Of a DNA stretch of 62,802 nt, positions 1-11,097 are shown one piece after another. Positions within the stretch are counted from its first letter, which is position 1. Each line of letters opens with the position of its first letter. This stretch comes from a virus. Its lineage: Duplodnaviria > Caudoviricetes. Location of the stretch: positions 1 to 62,802 of IMG/VR virus record IMGVR_UViG_3300027833_000047; one strand, given 5' to 3'. A program made the position numbers and the translations under genes. The notes under the pieces were generated by a model that ran no database searches, was not told where the DNA came from, and saw nothing but the letters and a program-made list of their open reading frames with translations.

Positions 1-2090
1 GGAGTATTTGTTGGTGTTATAGTAGGAGTATTAGTAGGTGCTGGTGTAGATGTAGGAGTATTCGTAGGAGTATTGGTTGGAGTGTTGGTAGGAGTATTTG
101 TTGGGGTGTTAGTAGGTGTTACGGTATTAGTTGGGGTGTTTGTTGGTGTGTTTGTTGGAGTATTAGTCGGTGTATTTGTAGGTGTATTAGTTGGCGTTAC
201 GGTATTAGTTGGCGTATTGGTAGGAGTATTAGTTGGTGTGTTCGTAGGTGTATTAGTTGGAGTTACGGTATTAGTAGGGGTATTTGTAGGAGTATTAGTT
301 GGAGTATTAGTTGGCGTATTAGTTGGTGTGTTCGTAGGTGTAGGTGTATTCGTAGGAGTATTAGTCGGCGTATTAGTTGGAGTTACAGTATTTGTAGGAG
401 TATTTGTTGGTGTGTTTGTTGGTGTATTAGTTGGAGTATTGGTTGGGGTAACTGTAGGAGTATTAGTTGGTGCAGGTGTAGTCGTTGGCGTATTAGTTGG
501 GGTATTTGTTGGAGTTACAGTATTTGTAGGAGTATTGGTAGGAGTATTAGTTGGCGTATTGGTTGGAGTATTAGTTGGTGTAGGTGTATTAGTTGACGTA
601 TTAGTTGGAGTATTGGTTGGGGTATTTGTTGGAGTTACAGTATTTGTAGGAGTATTGGTAGGAGTATTAGTTGGCGTATTGGTTGGAGTATTAGTTGGTG
701 TAGGTGTATTAGTTGACGTATTAGTTGGAGTATTGGTTGGAGTATTGGTTGGTGTAACTGTAGGCGTATTAGTTGGTGCAGGTGTAGTCGTTGGAGTATT
801 AGTTGGAGTGTTGGTTGGGGTATTAGTCGGAGTATTAGTAGGTGTTGGTGTTAAAGTCGCACCAGGAGTTGATGTAACGCTTGGTGTTGGCGTATTAGTT
901 GGAGTATTAGTAGGTGTGTTCGTTGGAGTATTGGTAGGAGTATTGGTTGGAGTATTAGTTGGAGTATTTGTTGGTGCCGGTGTAGTCGTTGGCGTATTAG
1001 TTGGAGTATTGGTAGGAGTATTGGTTGGAGTATTTGTAGGCGTATTCGTTGGTGTTTGCGTTGGTGTTTGAGTAGGTGTTGAAGTATTAGTCGGAGTATT
1101 AGTAGGTGTTGGTGTTAAAGTCGCACCAGGAGTTGATGTAACGCTTGGTGTTGGTGTATTAGTTGGAGTATTAGTTGGAGTATTAGTAGGTGTGTTCGTT
1201 GGAGTATTGGTTGGTGTAACTGTAGGCGTATTAGTTGGTGCCGGTGTAGTCGTTGGCGTATTAGTTGGCGTATTAGTTGGAGTATTGGTTGGAGTATTTG
1301 TAGGCGTATTCGTTGGTGTTTGAGTAGGTGTTGAAGTATTAGTAGGTGTATTTGTGGGTGTCGGAGTTAAACTAGCACCAGGAGTTGACGTAACGCTTGG
1401 TGTTGGTGTGTTAGTAGGTGTATTAGTTGGAGTGTTCGTTGGAGTGTTCGTTGGTGTATTAGTTGGGGTATTAGTTGGTGTATTAGTTGGGGTATTAGTT
1501 GGTGCCGGTGTAGTCGTTGGCGTATTAGTTGGCGTATTAGTTGGAGTATTGGTAGGTGTATTTGTCGGAGTTAATGTAGGTGTAGATGTATTAGTCGGGG
1601 TATTAGTAGGAGTTAAGGTAGGAGTAACTGTAGTAGTATTAGTTGGGGTATTGGTAGGAGTATTAGTTGGTGTGTTCGTAGGAGTATTAGTCGGAGTATT
1701 AGTTGGCGTATTAGTTGGGGTCGCAGTATTGGTTGGCGTATTAGTTGGGGTTGGAGTAGGTCCATCTGTTGGCGTAGGTGTTGGAGTTACACTTGTTGGT
1801 GTATTTGTTGGGGTTACAGTATTGGTTGGAGTATTTGTTGGTGTAGACGTATTAGTCGGGGTATTAGTTGGTGTAGATGTGTTAGTAGGAGTATTTGTAG
1901 GGGTATTAGTTGGAGTGTTGGTTGGGGTTGGAGTTACAGGATTCGTAGGTGTGTTCGTAGGTGTAACAGTCATAGTAACTGTAACTGTAGGTGTTGGCGT
2001 ATTCGTAGCCGTATTGGTAGGTGTATTCGTAGGAGTATTCGTAGGAGTATTGGTTGGAGTGTTCGTTGGTGTAGGGGTAGGCGTTACATC
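1..2090. repeat. Degenerate 12-nt coding tandem repeat (TPTN units on the minus strand) with higher-order duplications
   Basis: Units like GGAGTATTAGTT recur. There is a near-perfect 120-bp tandem duplication at about 496-740, and a [10 protein letters not shown](T/S)LTP block recurs at about 847, 1111 and 1363. Confidence 0.95.
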
Positions 2091-2333
2091 GTCTTCATAA
2101 ACTATGATTTTCTTGGCTACCGCCTCATCGTTACACCCTGGTTGTTTATTAACAACAAAAATAGTATATTGGATACCTGCAACTGAGCCTGGTAGATTTA
2201 AAACCACACCCGCAATAATTTGGTCTCTAGTTACCCCCGTTTTAATAGGTGTAGTTGCAGTAGAGCCCGTGTGAATATCAAACGGTCCAACAGCATTTGA
2301 ACTTAAAGTTAATCTTATTATTACTTGCGACAT
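3..2333 (-). CDS. Partial (runs off the left edge) Thr/Pro/Asn-repeat protein, >=777 aa; mucin-like stalk or fibre, missed by the ORF track
   Basis: ATG at 2333 reads [38 protein letters not shown]...[17 protein letters not shown]..., with no in-frame stop to base 3. A TATTTATA motif lies 18 nt upstream. Confidence 0.9.
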   Translation of the reverse strand, partial: MSQVIIRLTLSSNAVGPFDIHTGSTATTPIKTGVTRDQIIAGVVLNLPGSVAGIQYTIFVVNKQPGCNDEAVAKKIIVYEDDVTPTPTPTNTPTNTPTNTPTNTPTNTATNTPTPTVTVTMTVTPTNTPTNPVTPTPTNTPTNTPTNTPTNTSTPTNTPTNTSTPTNTPTNTVTPTNTPTSVTPTPTPTDGPTPTPTNTPTNTATPTNTPTNTPTNTPTNTPTNTPTNTPTNTTTVTPTLTPTNTPTNTSTPTLTPTNTPTNTPTNTPTNTPTTTPAPTNTPTNTPTNTPTNTPTNTPTNTPTNTPTNTPTPSVTSTPGASLTPTPTNTPTNTSTPTQTPTNTPTNTPTNTPTNTPTNTPTTTPAPTNTPTVTPTNTPTNTPTNTPTNTPTNTPTPSVTSTPGATLTPTPTNTPTNTSTPTQTPTQTPTNTPTNTPTNTPTNTPTNTPTTTPAPTNTPTNTPTNTPTNTPTNTPTNTPTNTPTPSVTSTPGATLTPTPTNTPTNTPTNTPTNTPTTTPAPTNTPTVTPTNTPTNTPTNTSTNTPTPTNTPTNTPTNTPTNTPTNTVTPTNTPTNTPTNTSTNTPTPTNTPTNTPTNTPTNTPTNTVTPTNTPTNTPTTTPAPTNTPTVTPTNTPTNTPTNTPTNTPTNTVTPTNTPTNTPTNTPTPTNTPTNTPTNTPTNTPTNTPTNTVTPTNTPTNTPTNTPTNTPTNTVTPTNTPTNTPTNTPTNTPTNTPTNTVTPTNTPTNTPTNTPTNTPTNTPTSTPAPTNTPTITPTNT

Positions 2334-2351
2334 TAATTAATACATTTGTTA

Positions 2352-2359
2352 TATAAATA
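2352..2359 (-). promoter_or_regulatory. TATTTATA putative late-promoter motif
   Basis: 18 nt upstream of the ATG at 2333; the motif recurs before most structural genes. Confidence 0.6.
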
Positions 2360-2444
2360 CTGCGAGAATGTAAAATACAGATTTCTATTTACTTTATTTT
2401 TTTTTAGTTTTATCACTTGAATATATTATTATTTTTATAAATTA

Positions 2445-5400
2445 TTAGCAACCACTTCCGATTCCACTACAATTACCACCTATACATGGTGAGAACGATG
2501 TTACAACACCACCACTAACATTAAAAATACATCCCGTATCTGAAACAAATGCTCCGTTACCTATTAATACGTAGTTACCACTACTAAAGGCGTAAACCGA
2601 ATTACCTGTAGGACAATCTAAGAACGTAGATGTACTAACATCTGTAAAATATTCAATCGTTGGAGTACCCCCACCATTAAAGGAGTTACATGGTTGTGAG
2701 GAACCTCCTCCGTGAAGTCCGAAGAATAGACCTAATGAGTTATATCCTGGAGGTGTCGTATTACATGGGTCAAAACCTGTAATGAAATTACCAACAGGAC
2801 AATCATTATACATTACTTCTTCAGTAGATAAGTTAAGGTCTTTTATCACTCTAACCCAACTAACATCTTGGTGACATTGTGTAGAGGTAGGGTGGGAACA
2901 GTTTTGATTAGGTCCTGACCATATACATGCACAAACAAAATCAAAGTCAATAAGTCCACTAGGGGAATTCGCGGCGATAGCCTGAGCAGCTATAGAAGAT
3001 ACAGGAATTGCATTATATCTATCGTTATTACTTTGTCCAGGATAACCAGGACCCCCTGCTAAAGTAGAAAGAGGTGGGTAATTTAGAAGGTCGGGGGTTC
3101 CTCCTACATTATTCATAGATACCTGACCAATAGTTATACCATTTGCCGTAATATCAAACACTCCTCTATTACATGTATGACCTCCAAAACAAGGTGACCC
3201 GTTTAACCCAAACTGGTTATATTCAACAATAAATGTCAGAGACTCAATACAACTAACTAAAGGTAGTGTTGTTGGCGTTGGTGTTGGTGTAGGTGTCGCA
3301 AGTAGGGTAGTTGTGGGTGTTGGCGTAGGCGTAGTTGTTTGTGTTGGAGTTGGTGTTGGTGTAACATCATTACAACAGATATTATATACAATTTTAGTAC
3401 TTAATCTAAAGTATACATTTTTTAATTCTTTACAATCTGAAATAATTGTTATTAAATTTTGGCCAATATCTAATGTAAAACTTTCAATTTGTGGTATCGT
3501 TTTAAGTATCTCATTAATTGTATTTAACCAATCTTGTGCACTAGGATAATCACCTAAGGTCGTTCCCGTATAAAATGGGTTCTCTACGTGATAAGGAGGT
3601 GTCATTGTACCACCTGAAAAATCAACTATAACATAAAAAACAGCATTTACCAATGAACAGTCCTGATGACCAACAGTTAAATCAAGGTAACCCTCATTTA
3701 ACATAGAACCAAAATCTCTAATACCCGCTGAAGTGGTAATGAAATCGTTTTCACATATCTCAGTTACTTCATAACATTCAACAATTTGATTGTTACAATT
3801 AATTGTGACTGAGTTCGTTGCGGTACACCCATTATGGTCAGTAATAGTTGCGGTATAAGTACCCCCACTCAAACCATTAATGGACGTAGTTGTCTCACCA
3901 TTACTCCATTGAATATTAAACGGAGCAACACCCTGATTAATAGTTATATCCGCCATACCATCATTACCTGAAACACATTCAGTAGGGACTATTATAAAGT
4001 TTACTCCTGTAGATGGGCCTATCGTTATAGTTTGGGAAACTGTACAATTTCGTACATCAATAACATTTAAAAGATATGTTGATGGAGATAGTGAAGTTAT
4101 TGACTGAGTATTTGATGGGTCGTCAATTACTGAATAAACAACAGAACCCGTATTAACATCTGTTAATATATAATCAAATGGTCCCTGTAACGGAACTGAA
4201 CCCGCGGTTAGATTAATATCTATTATTCCATTATTATCGCCACAAGTACCATCAGTGATTGTACTATTAACATTAAATTTAACAGTATTAGATATAGTTT
4301 TTTGAGTCGTGTATGTACAATTACTATTTTGTGATACAATTGTTACCGTATACGTGTCAGAAGGTAAATTGTTAAAAGTATGTGACTGTGACTGAGTACT
4401 GATAGTGTCAGAAGTTATACTACCGGTGACTGAATACGTAAATATTCCTGAAGGACCTATTAAGGATATTGATATGGAACCCTCATCATTACAGACAGAG
4501 TTAGTTACACCAACACTAACAACTGAAAACCCTGCGGTTGAGGGTATAGGCTCTATTGATGTAACTGTACAACCACCAGCATCTGTAATAAGTGTACTAT
4601 TAAACCCTCCACATAATCCCGTAAATGCCACTGACAAATTATTTGAAACTATTACTTCACCTGAACTATTTTGATACGTATATGGTGAAGTACCCCCCAA
4701 TATAGTCACCACTACTTGACCATCACAATCAAAACATCCCGCCTGTGTCGGTACCGCTGAAACTACAGACAATGGGTCAGCTAACCCTACGTTAGTACTT
4801 TGGCTTAATCTACACCCTTCAGAATCTGTAACTTCAACCCCCCATGAACCCACAGATAATCCAGTCGCGGTTGGTGTTGTTTGTCCATTAGTCCATAAGT
4901 ACGTGTATGGTGGGGTTCCACCTAATAAGTTAGTGACAGTCACGGTGCCGACATTAGAACCACATGGAGAATCAGGAACAACTAAAAGATTGTAACTTAT
5001 CGGGTCAGTACTTATAACTATTGTGTTCGTTGTTTGTACAATCGCACCTCCAAAATCGGTAACAATACAATAATAAGTCCCTGGTTGAACATTTACAAAT
5101 ATTTGTACATTAGAAAGAGCATTAAAAGATTGTACAATTACACCTAAAGAATCATATAAATCGTACTGAAATGGGCTAGATAATGAATCATTTGTAACAG
5201 TTACTACTCCATTGGTGTTACCACATGTCGTACCCGAAGAAGTGATAGTGGCGGTAAAACAACCTTCAACATTAACATTAATAATTACATCTTGATTAAT
5301 CCCACCTGAACTATCTTGAAGTACAAAAACATAACTACCTTCGTCAACTCCACTCCAAATAAATGGACCGTCACCTGTTTGTTGAGCCAATAGTAATCCA

Positions 5401-7214
5401 CCCACCGCAGTAGTTGACGTATTTGTAATAGTATAAGGTTTTGTACCACCTGAAGGACTTATCAATATGACACCACCTTTAGGATTGGTACAAGTACCTG
5501 TAACTTCAAAACTATAACTTAAAGGTCCTTCGTCACAAGGGTCAACACATGGGTCACTAGTTATTCGTATACCTTGATATGAAAAACTAGTGTCTACACA
5601 TACCTTTTCACCTACCGATGTACCTTGTAGTATATTTCCACAACAATCCGTATATGCATAAACACCGTCAGTATCACCTGAAAAACAACCCGTAACCGCA
5701 CTTGGGGTCGGAGTATTAGTCGGAGTGTTAGTTGGTGTATAAGTAGGGGGAACGAAGGAGCTTGTAGTTGGCGTCATTGTTGGCGTTACCGTAGGTGTTG
5801 GAGTAAACGTATTTGTCGGCGTAGGGGTAGGTGTGACTTCCTGACATAATACATCATCACACTTTATAGTACTTACTGAGGCAACATCATTATCCCAATA
5901 AGTGATGGTTACAAATGAAAGAGCACCTGGGCTAATTATTCGACTGAGACAATTATTTACCCCACCGACATCTTCAAATAAATACGTATTTCCCACCCCA
6001 AATGGTCCTGTAAAGTCATTATCAAAATCTATAACATTAAATCTAAATATTTTGTTACCAGTACAGGCCGAAAAAAAGTAATATATATCTACGGCATTTA
6101 CGTTATTAGTACAGTCAACACAACTTTCAAAGACATCACCCATTGGATTTCCATTTAATGGTGTCGAAACCAATACTTGGTCAACCGTATCAGTTTCACC
6201 ACCAAAACATTCCAATTTTAATTGAACAAATTGTGGTTGTACTTTTCCACCACCCGTTGGTTGTCCCCATGTTAATGTTGATGCACTAAAGACCTGAGCA
6301 CCTTGACTTATCCCCGTACAATCTTTATCAGCCGTAAATTTATATATGTTATTAAATGGGTTATTTGTTTGACAATCACTACAATCCGAATACCAATTTG
6401 ATACTATATCATAAAAATTAGTTAAAGTTCCGCTGTAAGGTGTTTGAGTATTATTCGGACGTAAACACGGTCCACCCCATATTGAAGAATATGATTCTAC
6501 TCTATCCCTCATATCTCCAGAATATTCTATACCACTAATACCCGTTATTATATTACCATAACAGTCATCGGACATCGAAACCCATCCATCATATAACCCA
6601 TTAAAGTAGTTTCTAGCGGTTGTTGCGGAATAGGGGATTGTCGTGTAATATGAACTTGGACCACTTATTAAGTCTGATGAGTAAGAACTGGCATTGTTAA
6701 AATCATAATTTAAAACTCCATTATTAGTTATATGATTATAATCATCTAAACTCGTTAAAGAAATGTAATCATACCTATTAGTATCGACTCCAATTAATTT
6801 TAACGTATTATTAAACGTATTCGCACTATAAAAATTAGTAACGTATCGGGGGGACTTAAACGTTCCACTCGGACTTTCTACATCAATATAGTTTTGAGCA
6901 AAAAATGTTGTATTAATATTAAACGTTGAACCTATATAGACCGCGACCGATGAAGATGATGTTGTATTCCATGGTTCACCTGTAATCATTTGAGTATCAA
7001 AAGCAATTGGTGTAAGACCTAAAGGTGAAACTTTCCAAGTTCTTGACCTAAATGCCCAAGTTGAGTTCGGGAAATTCGTTAAATAAGTAACTGTAGACGC
7101 TCGGTCATTACCTGCAGGAACATTGGCATCTGGCCAAGCCATATAAACTGTCGAACCTGTAGTTGGTGAACCTACAGTTGCTATTTGTTCTAATTTAAAA
7201 TATAATGTTGCCAT
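2445..7214 (-). CDS. Large Cys-rich virion or fibre protein with SprB-like repeats and PT linkers (1589 aa)
   Basis: Repeats such as GGTPPYTYLWTNGQTTPTATGLSVGSWGVEVTDSEGC and GVAPFNIQWSNGETTTSINGLSGGTYTATITDHNGC; two TP-rich linkers. Confidence 0.7.
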   Translation of the reverse strand: MATLYFKLEQIATVGSPTTGSTVYMAWPDANVPAGNDRASTVTYLTNFPNSTWAFRSRTWKVSPLGLTPIAFDTQMITGEPWNTTSSSSVAVYIGSTFNINTTFFAQNYIDVESPSGTFKSPRYVTNFYSANTFNNTLKLIGVDTNRYDYISLTSLDDYNHITNNGVLNYDFNNASSYSSDLISGPSSYYTTIPYSATTARNYFNGLYDGWVSMSDDCYGNIITGISGIEYSGDMRDRVESYSSIWGGPCLRPNNTQTPYSGTLTNFYDIVSNWYSDCSDCQTNNPFNNIYKFTADKDCTGISQGAQVFSASTLTWGQPTGGGKVQPQFVQLKLECFGGETDTVDQVLVSTPLNGNPMGDVFESCVDCTNNVNAVDIYYFFSACTGNKIFRFNVIDFDNDFTGPFGVGNTYLFEDVGGVNNCLSRIISPGALSFVTITYWDNDVASVSTIKCDDVLCQEVTPTPTPTNTFTPTPTVTPTMTPTTSSFVPPTYTPTNTPTNTPTPSAVTGCFSGDTDGVYAYTDCCGNILQGTSVGEKVCVDTSFSYQGIRITSDPCVDPCDEGPLSYSFEVTGTCTNPKGGVILISPSGGTKPYTITNTSTTAVGGLLLAQQTGDGPFIWSGVDEGSYVFVLQDSSGGINQDVIINVNVEGCFTATITSSGTTCGNTNGVVTVTNDSLSSPFQYDLYDSLGVIVQSFNALSNVQIFVNVQPGTYYCIVTDFGGAIVQTTNTIVISTDPISYNLLVVPDSPCGSNVGTVTVTNLLGGTPPYTYLWTNGQTTPTATGLSVGSWGVEVTDSEGCRLSQSTNVGLADPLSVVSAVPTQAGCFDCDGQVVVTILGGTSPYTYQNSSGEVIVSNNLSVAFTGLCGGFNSTLITDAGGCTVTSIEPIPSTAGFSVVSVGVTNSVCNDEGSISISLIGPSGIFTYSVTGSITSDTISTQSQSHTFNNLPSDTYTVTIVSQNSNCTYTTQKTISNTVKFNVNSTITDGTCGDNNGIIDINLTAGSVPLQGPFDYILTDVNTGSVVYSVIDDPSNTQSITSLSPSTYLLNVIDVRNCTVSQTITIGPSTGVNFIIVPTECVSGNDGMADITINQGVAPFNIQWSNGETTTSINGLSGGTYTATITDHNGCTATNSVTINCNNQIVECYEVTEICENDFITTSAGIRDFGSMLNEGYLDLTVGHQDCSLVNAVFYVIVDFSGGTMTPPYHVENPFYTGTTLGDYPSAQDWLNTINEILKTIPQIESFTLDIGQNLITIISDCKELKNVYFRLSTKIVYNICCNDVTPTPTPTQTTTPTPTPTTTLLATPTPTPTPTTLPLVSCIESLTFIVEYNQFGLNGSPCFGGHTCNRGVFDITANGITIGQVSMNNVGGTPDLLNYPPLSTLAGGPGYPGQSNNDRYNAIPVSSIAAQAIAANSPSGLIDFDFVCACIWSGPNQNCSHPTSTQCHQDVSWVRVIKDLNLSTEEVMYNDCPVGNFITGFDPCNTTPPGYNSLGLFFGLHGGGSSQPCNSFNGGGTPTIEYFTDVSTSTFLDCPTGNSVYAFSSGNYVLIGNGAFVSDTGCIFNVSGGVVTSFSPCIGGNCSGIGSGC

Positions 7215-10183
7215 TAACTACAATTAATTTGTACATTTACACCAACGTTTACTGTTAGAGTTTTATCTGTGAATTCAGGGTCACATCCTGTGTTACTTAC
7301 TGTCAAAATATTACTACTACCTATAGTATAGTTTAAACCACTTTGATATAAATACTGTAACTTATCATTCAATGCGATAACCCATTCATTAAATGTCGGA
7401 TAATCTTGTCCACCAAGTCCCTCATAAAATTCTTCCTGTACTAAAATTGTTGAATCTAATCTTACATCAACATACCATTTACTAACTAAACTGTTTAGTA
7501 CACAGTCATTAATAGTGTACCCCGATTTATTAATACAACTATTAATACTATTATTTAATATGGTCGACATAGAATTAATATTAACGTCACACGTAAGTGT
7601 TTCATCAATACAATCATTATCAAATAACTGACCATAATATACACATGGTATACACTCAACAGGTATAAGTTGGCAACCTCTTTGTCGTCTCCAAACATGT
7701 TTTTGTCTTTGTAAAACATTGTTTACCATTTTCTGACCACCCATCCATATCGTAGAGGCAGGAATCATTTGTTCGACTAATTTTGTCCAATAGTCACCAA
7801 TACCTAAAGTAAAATCAATCATCTTTTGGTATGTATATTGATTTGATGGTATGTTTACCGCAGAATCGGATTGTAAGTATTTCCAATATATCGATTGTAG
7901 TGTTGGGTAACTGTTCACCGCACCGTCACTAATGGTTTGTCGGTTTCTTACATTAATTAATGTATTGTAAAAAGTTTGAGCAAATTCAAAAAATGTTTTT
8001 TCTTTTGGTAGTGGGTTAATTATTGTCCAATCTTGACCTCCAGGAGATGGATAAGGCGATGTCAGTCCCGATGAAGGAAAAGGGTAGTTATAACGTCTAG
8101 ACATTCTCCATATATCATATGTAATACCTTGCGCCATGTTTAAATATAATTCAACATTTTTAGCATTAAGTACTAATTTTTCATCAAATACCTCGTAATA
8201 TGCATTATACTCCCCATCACGATTTCTTCTAACACCTGTTTCAGTGTCATCCCACGATTTATTATTATCAATAGTTCTAGTTAAACCAAAACCAATATCC
8301 ATGTATGGAAATTTTCTAAACCTATCAAAATACTTTTGACCGTAGGTAAAAGTCTCTAAAGATGTTTGTATACTAGGATTCGCCCCTGTAAATGTTGAGT
8401 TTGTTATGTCGAGTTTTTCTATCGCTCTATGGTCGGGCGTCTCAATATACCATCCTGCACCCTTTTCAAAGAAATAGTCGTTGTTTGTTACAGGTCTTTT
8501 TGGGTAACCATATTCATTCATAGGGTAATCCCCTCTTATGGCATCTGTTTGACTAACGTATTTTGATGTCGTAAAACCTGTATATGAAACACCTTGTATA
8601 TTATAAACCACGTTAGGGTCTAAAGCCGGTACATCATCTACTTTTGTACCACCTGACATTTTTAAGTATTCGCCTTCGAACCTTTTTACGTTTATTGGAC
8701 CATCAGCGACGTACACTATTTCATTAAATTCGATTAAATCTTTAGGGGCACCTACCATCCTCATAATTGCCTCGATAGAGTGTCTCGTACCTTTTGACTT
8801 AAACAAATATGCCGAATTAAGTATTAAATTTCTATAAAATTGAAAATTTAATTGGTTGGGTGTTGGGTCATTTTCAAATCCTGCATATGCGGACTTATTT
8901 TCATTACCAAATATTGAATTTAAAAAGCCCTCATTTGTTATTGGTGATATATTAGTGTTCCACCCTAACGTTTGAGCTAAATTTTGTAATAACTCTGAAG
9001 GGATATCGTTTTGAGGGGTATAATGTACTGAATTCATAAAAGATAATGCATCTATAAATTTCTTAGACTCATCAAAACTTCTACCGTATAGTTGTAATAC
9101 TTTTTCAACCTTTTTATCACCAGTATCAAAATCTTTAAACGCACCTGTAGTTAAAAATCTAACTATTAGGTCAGTCTTATATCTATCCATAACTTCACCA
9201 ATTTCACTAACTTGCGTTAAGTAATTGTCAAATCTTAACGTTGATATGTCTAAATTCCACACCCCTAATTTTGGCCATGTTACTCTTTTTTTACGTTTTA
9301 TAAATTGTCCGTTATCTCCCTCTTCAACTAAATCAAATATTGCCGTATATGGTGGGTTAGTAAATCTATTTAATAAAAAATCTTCAATCTCATCAAAATC
9401 CTCTTTAAATGTAAATTCAGTATTGAATGATGTCGGTCTTAATATTAAAGTATCTGTTGATGAGGCTGACCCACTAAATGGGTTACCTCGAACCGTCACC
9501 GTAACTGTACCCGCAGAAACGTTTTGAGACGCCATGAAATTAACAAAAGGATACTCAGTTTCCATATTATTAACATATAACGCATATTTGTTGTAATTAG
9601 TAGTCATATCCCTCAATGGACTTATGGGGTATGACCTAACTGAAATATTACGTGCAGCATTTACTGAATAATCAATATCAAAAGGATTATCAAATCTAGT
9701 AACATCCATTGTAAACGTTGTTAACTGTTCAACACTATTAAACGTTATATTATTAGCTGTATTTGCAGTACTATACGATGGTAAAGAAACCCGATTCACT
9801 TGTATTGATGCCGGAAAAAAATTAATTATTTTAGTTATAGACGTAGACAATCTTTTCTGTAACGACCCATAAAGAGCGTAATTAGTAACCTGACTTATAT
9901 CGTAGTTCGGATAAACTCTATAATTTTTTATCGCAATTGCTTTAGACTCTTCAATACTACCAACATCGAGGTCATTTAAAGATATAGGATTACTAAACAC
10001 TCCCGTGTCAAATGTTCTATTAACTTTTTCAACAATATTTGTAGAAAACTCGAAATTACCCTGAGTTAACCCCCCTCCTTGAACCACTTGTAACCCAACT
10101 AAATCAGGTGAAAATGATTGGTCAGCACTTGGAGGTGCTGGTGGATAAAAAAACTTCTTAGTCTTATTGTTGTTTGTAGCCAT
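7214..10183 (-). CDS. Baseplate wedge protein with P2 gpI / T4 gp7-like segment (989 aa)
   Basis: LAQTLGW...FYRNLILNSAYLFKSKGTRHSIEAIMRMVG resembles the gpI-like KGT motif; located in the baseplate cluster. Confidence 0.55.
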   Translation of the reverse strand: MATNNNKTKKFFYPPAPPSADQSFSPDLVGLQVVQGGGLTQGNFEFSTNIVEKVNRTFDTGVFSNPISLNDLDVGSIEESKAIAIKNYRVYPNYDISQVTNYALYGSLQKRLSTSITKIINFFPASIQVNRVSLPSYSTANTANNITFNSVEQLTTFTMDVTRFDNPFDIDYSVNAARNISVRSYPISPLRDMTTNYNKYALYVNNMETEYPFVNFMASQNVSAGTVTVTVRGNPFSGSASSTDTLILRPTSFNTEFTFKEDFDEIEDFLLNRFTNPPYTAIFDLVEEGDNGQFIKRKKRVTWPKLGVWNLDISTLRFDNYLTQVSEIGEVMDRYKTDLIVRFLTTGAFKDFDTGDKKVEKVLQLYGRSFDESKKFIDALSFMNSVHYTPQNDIPSELLQNLAQTLGWNTNISPITNEGFLNSIFGNENKSAYAGFENDPTPNQLNFQFYRNLILNSAYLFKSKGTRHSIEAIMRMVGAPKDLIEFNEIVYVADGPINVKRFEGEYLKMSGGTKVDDVPALDPNVVYNIQGVSYTGFTTSKYVSQTDAIRGDYPMNEYGYPKRPVTNNDYFFEKGAGWYIETPDHRAIEKLDITNSTFTGANPSIQTSLETFTYGQKYFDRFRKFPYMDIGFGLTRTIDNNKSWDDTETGVRRNRDGEYNAYYEVFDEKLVLNAKNVELYLNMAQGITYDIWRMSRRYNYPFPSSGLTSPYPSPGGQDWTIINPLPKEKTFFEFAQTFYNTLINVRNRQTISDGAVNSYPTLQSIYWKYLQSDSAVNIPSNQYTYQKMIDFTLGIGDYWTKLVEQMIPASTIWMGGQKMVNNVLQRQKHVWRRQRGCQLIPVECIPCVYYGQLFDNDCIDETLTCDVNINSMSTILNNSINSCINKSGYTINDCVLNSLVSKWYVDVRLDSTILVQEEFYEGLGGQDYPTFNEWVIALNDKLQYLYQSGLNYTIGSSNILTVSNTGCDPEFTDKTLTVNVGVNVQINCS

Positions 10184-10185
10184 TT

Positions 10186-11094
10186 TTAATTAGTTATGTT
10201 ATTGAAATTTTTACTAAAATCAATATTATTGTCCCTGTCTTGTCTAACCTCATATAATAAATTATTAAATTCATCTCTGATTTCATACAAGTTATATTGT
10301 TTGTATATATTAAGACTACTGTCATACATAGTATAGATTCCATCTTCCATACTCTTTGTTTGATTACCATAAAGAGCAATTGCCAATGTGTCAATGTCAT
10401 GTTCAGCTAATTCAATATCCACACTTATTGGGTTAAAAAATGTGTTAGTCATAACTATATTTTGATTAGGTTGACCGATAAATGGTGTTGCATTCGCTTT
10501 ATTAGATGGTGCACTTGAAGGTGACACCGTACAAAAAATTAAGTCACTTCCTCCTTCAACATATCTATATCTTATAGCTTTTTGGGAACTATTACTTAAA
10601 TTAGTAACTACCGGTTCACAATAAAATGATGAAGTCACTACTCTATAAAAATTAGGTATTTTAGTTCCGTCACTATTTAAATATTCGATGCGGTACCCTA
10701 TTAATCCTTGGTTGGTAAACCTATTTCGATACTCTTGTGGTACCCCGTTTAAGTCTATTATTATACCTTTAACATTAGGTAATGATGATAATACACCACA
10801 ATCTGTAATAGTCGTCCTAATCTCTACAGGTCTTATGTATAATGTATATATTCCAATTTTATTAAATTCTTCAGCTGGGAGTTTTAAATTATATAAACCA
10901 CCTAATATTTCAACATCAGCATTACCTCCTGTCGTTGAACTGTGGAAATAAGGTGTTAAAACATCTTGGGCGTTCAGTTTTGTTAAAACAAAATTTGTTG
11001 TAACGTCTCTTGATGGAGTATAATTTAAAATTATCTCAACATCCTGTGGAGACATGTCAGCTGGTCTTACTGTTCCGTATGTTCCTAAAGCCAT
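10186..11094 (-). CDS. Hypothetical structural protein (302 aa)
   Basis: Long ORF, tightly packed in the structural operon. Confidence 0.6.
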   Translation of the reverse strand: MALGTYGTVRPADMSPQDVEIILNYTPSRDVTTNFVLTKLNAQDVLTPYFHSSTTGGNADVEILGGLYNLKLPAEEFNKIGIYTLYIRPVEIRTTITDCGVLSSLPNVKGIIIDLNGVPQEYRNRFTNQGLIGYRIEYLNSDGTKIPNFYRVVTSSFYCEPVVTNLSNSSQKAIRYRYVEGGSDLIFCTVSPSSAPSNKANATPFIGQPNQNIVMTNTFFNPISVDIELAEHDIDTLAIALYGNQTKSMEDGIYTMYDSSLNIYKQYNLYEIRDEFNNLLYEVRQDRDNNIDFSKNFNNITN

Positions 11095-11097
11095 TTT

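Noticed and set aside
1-2090. CRISPR array or non-coding satellite
   Set aside because: There are no constant repeats with unique spacers, and the variation is at synonymous codon positions.
73-2100. Plus-strand Val/Gly/Leu 'VGVL' ORFs (73-1071, 1354-2100, also 3313-3549)
   Set aside because: They are antisense shadows of Thr-Pro repeats. The minus frame has a real ATG, a unique N-terminal domain, the upstream motif and no stops.
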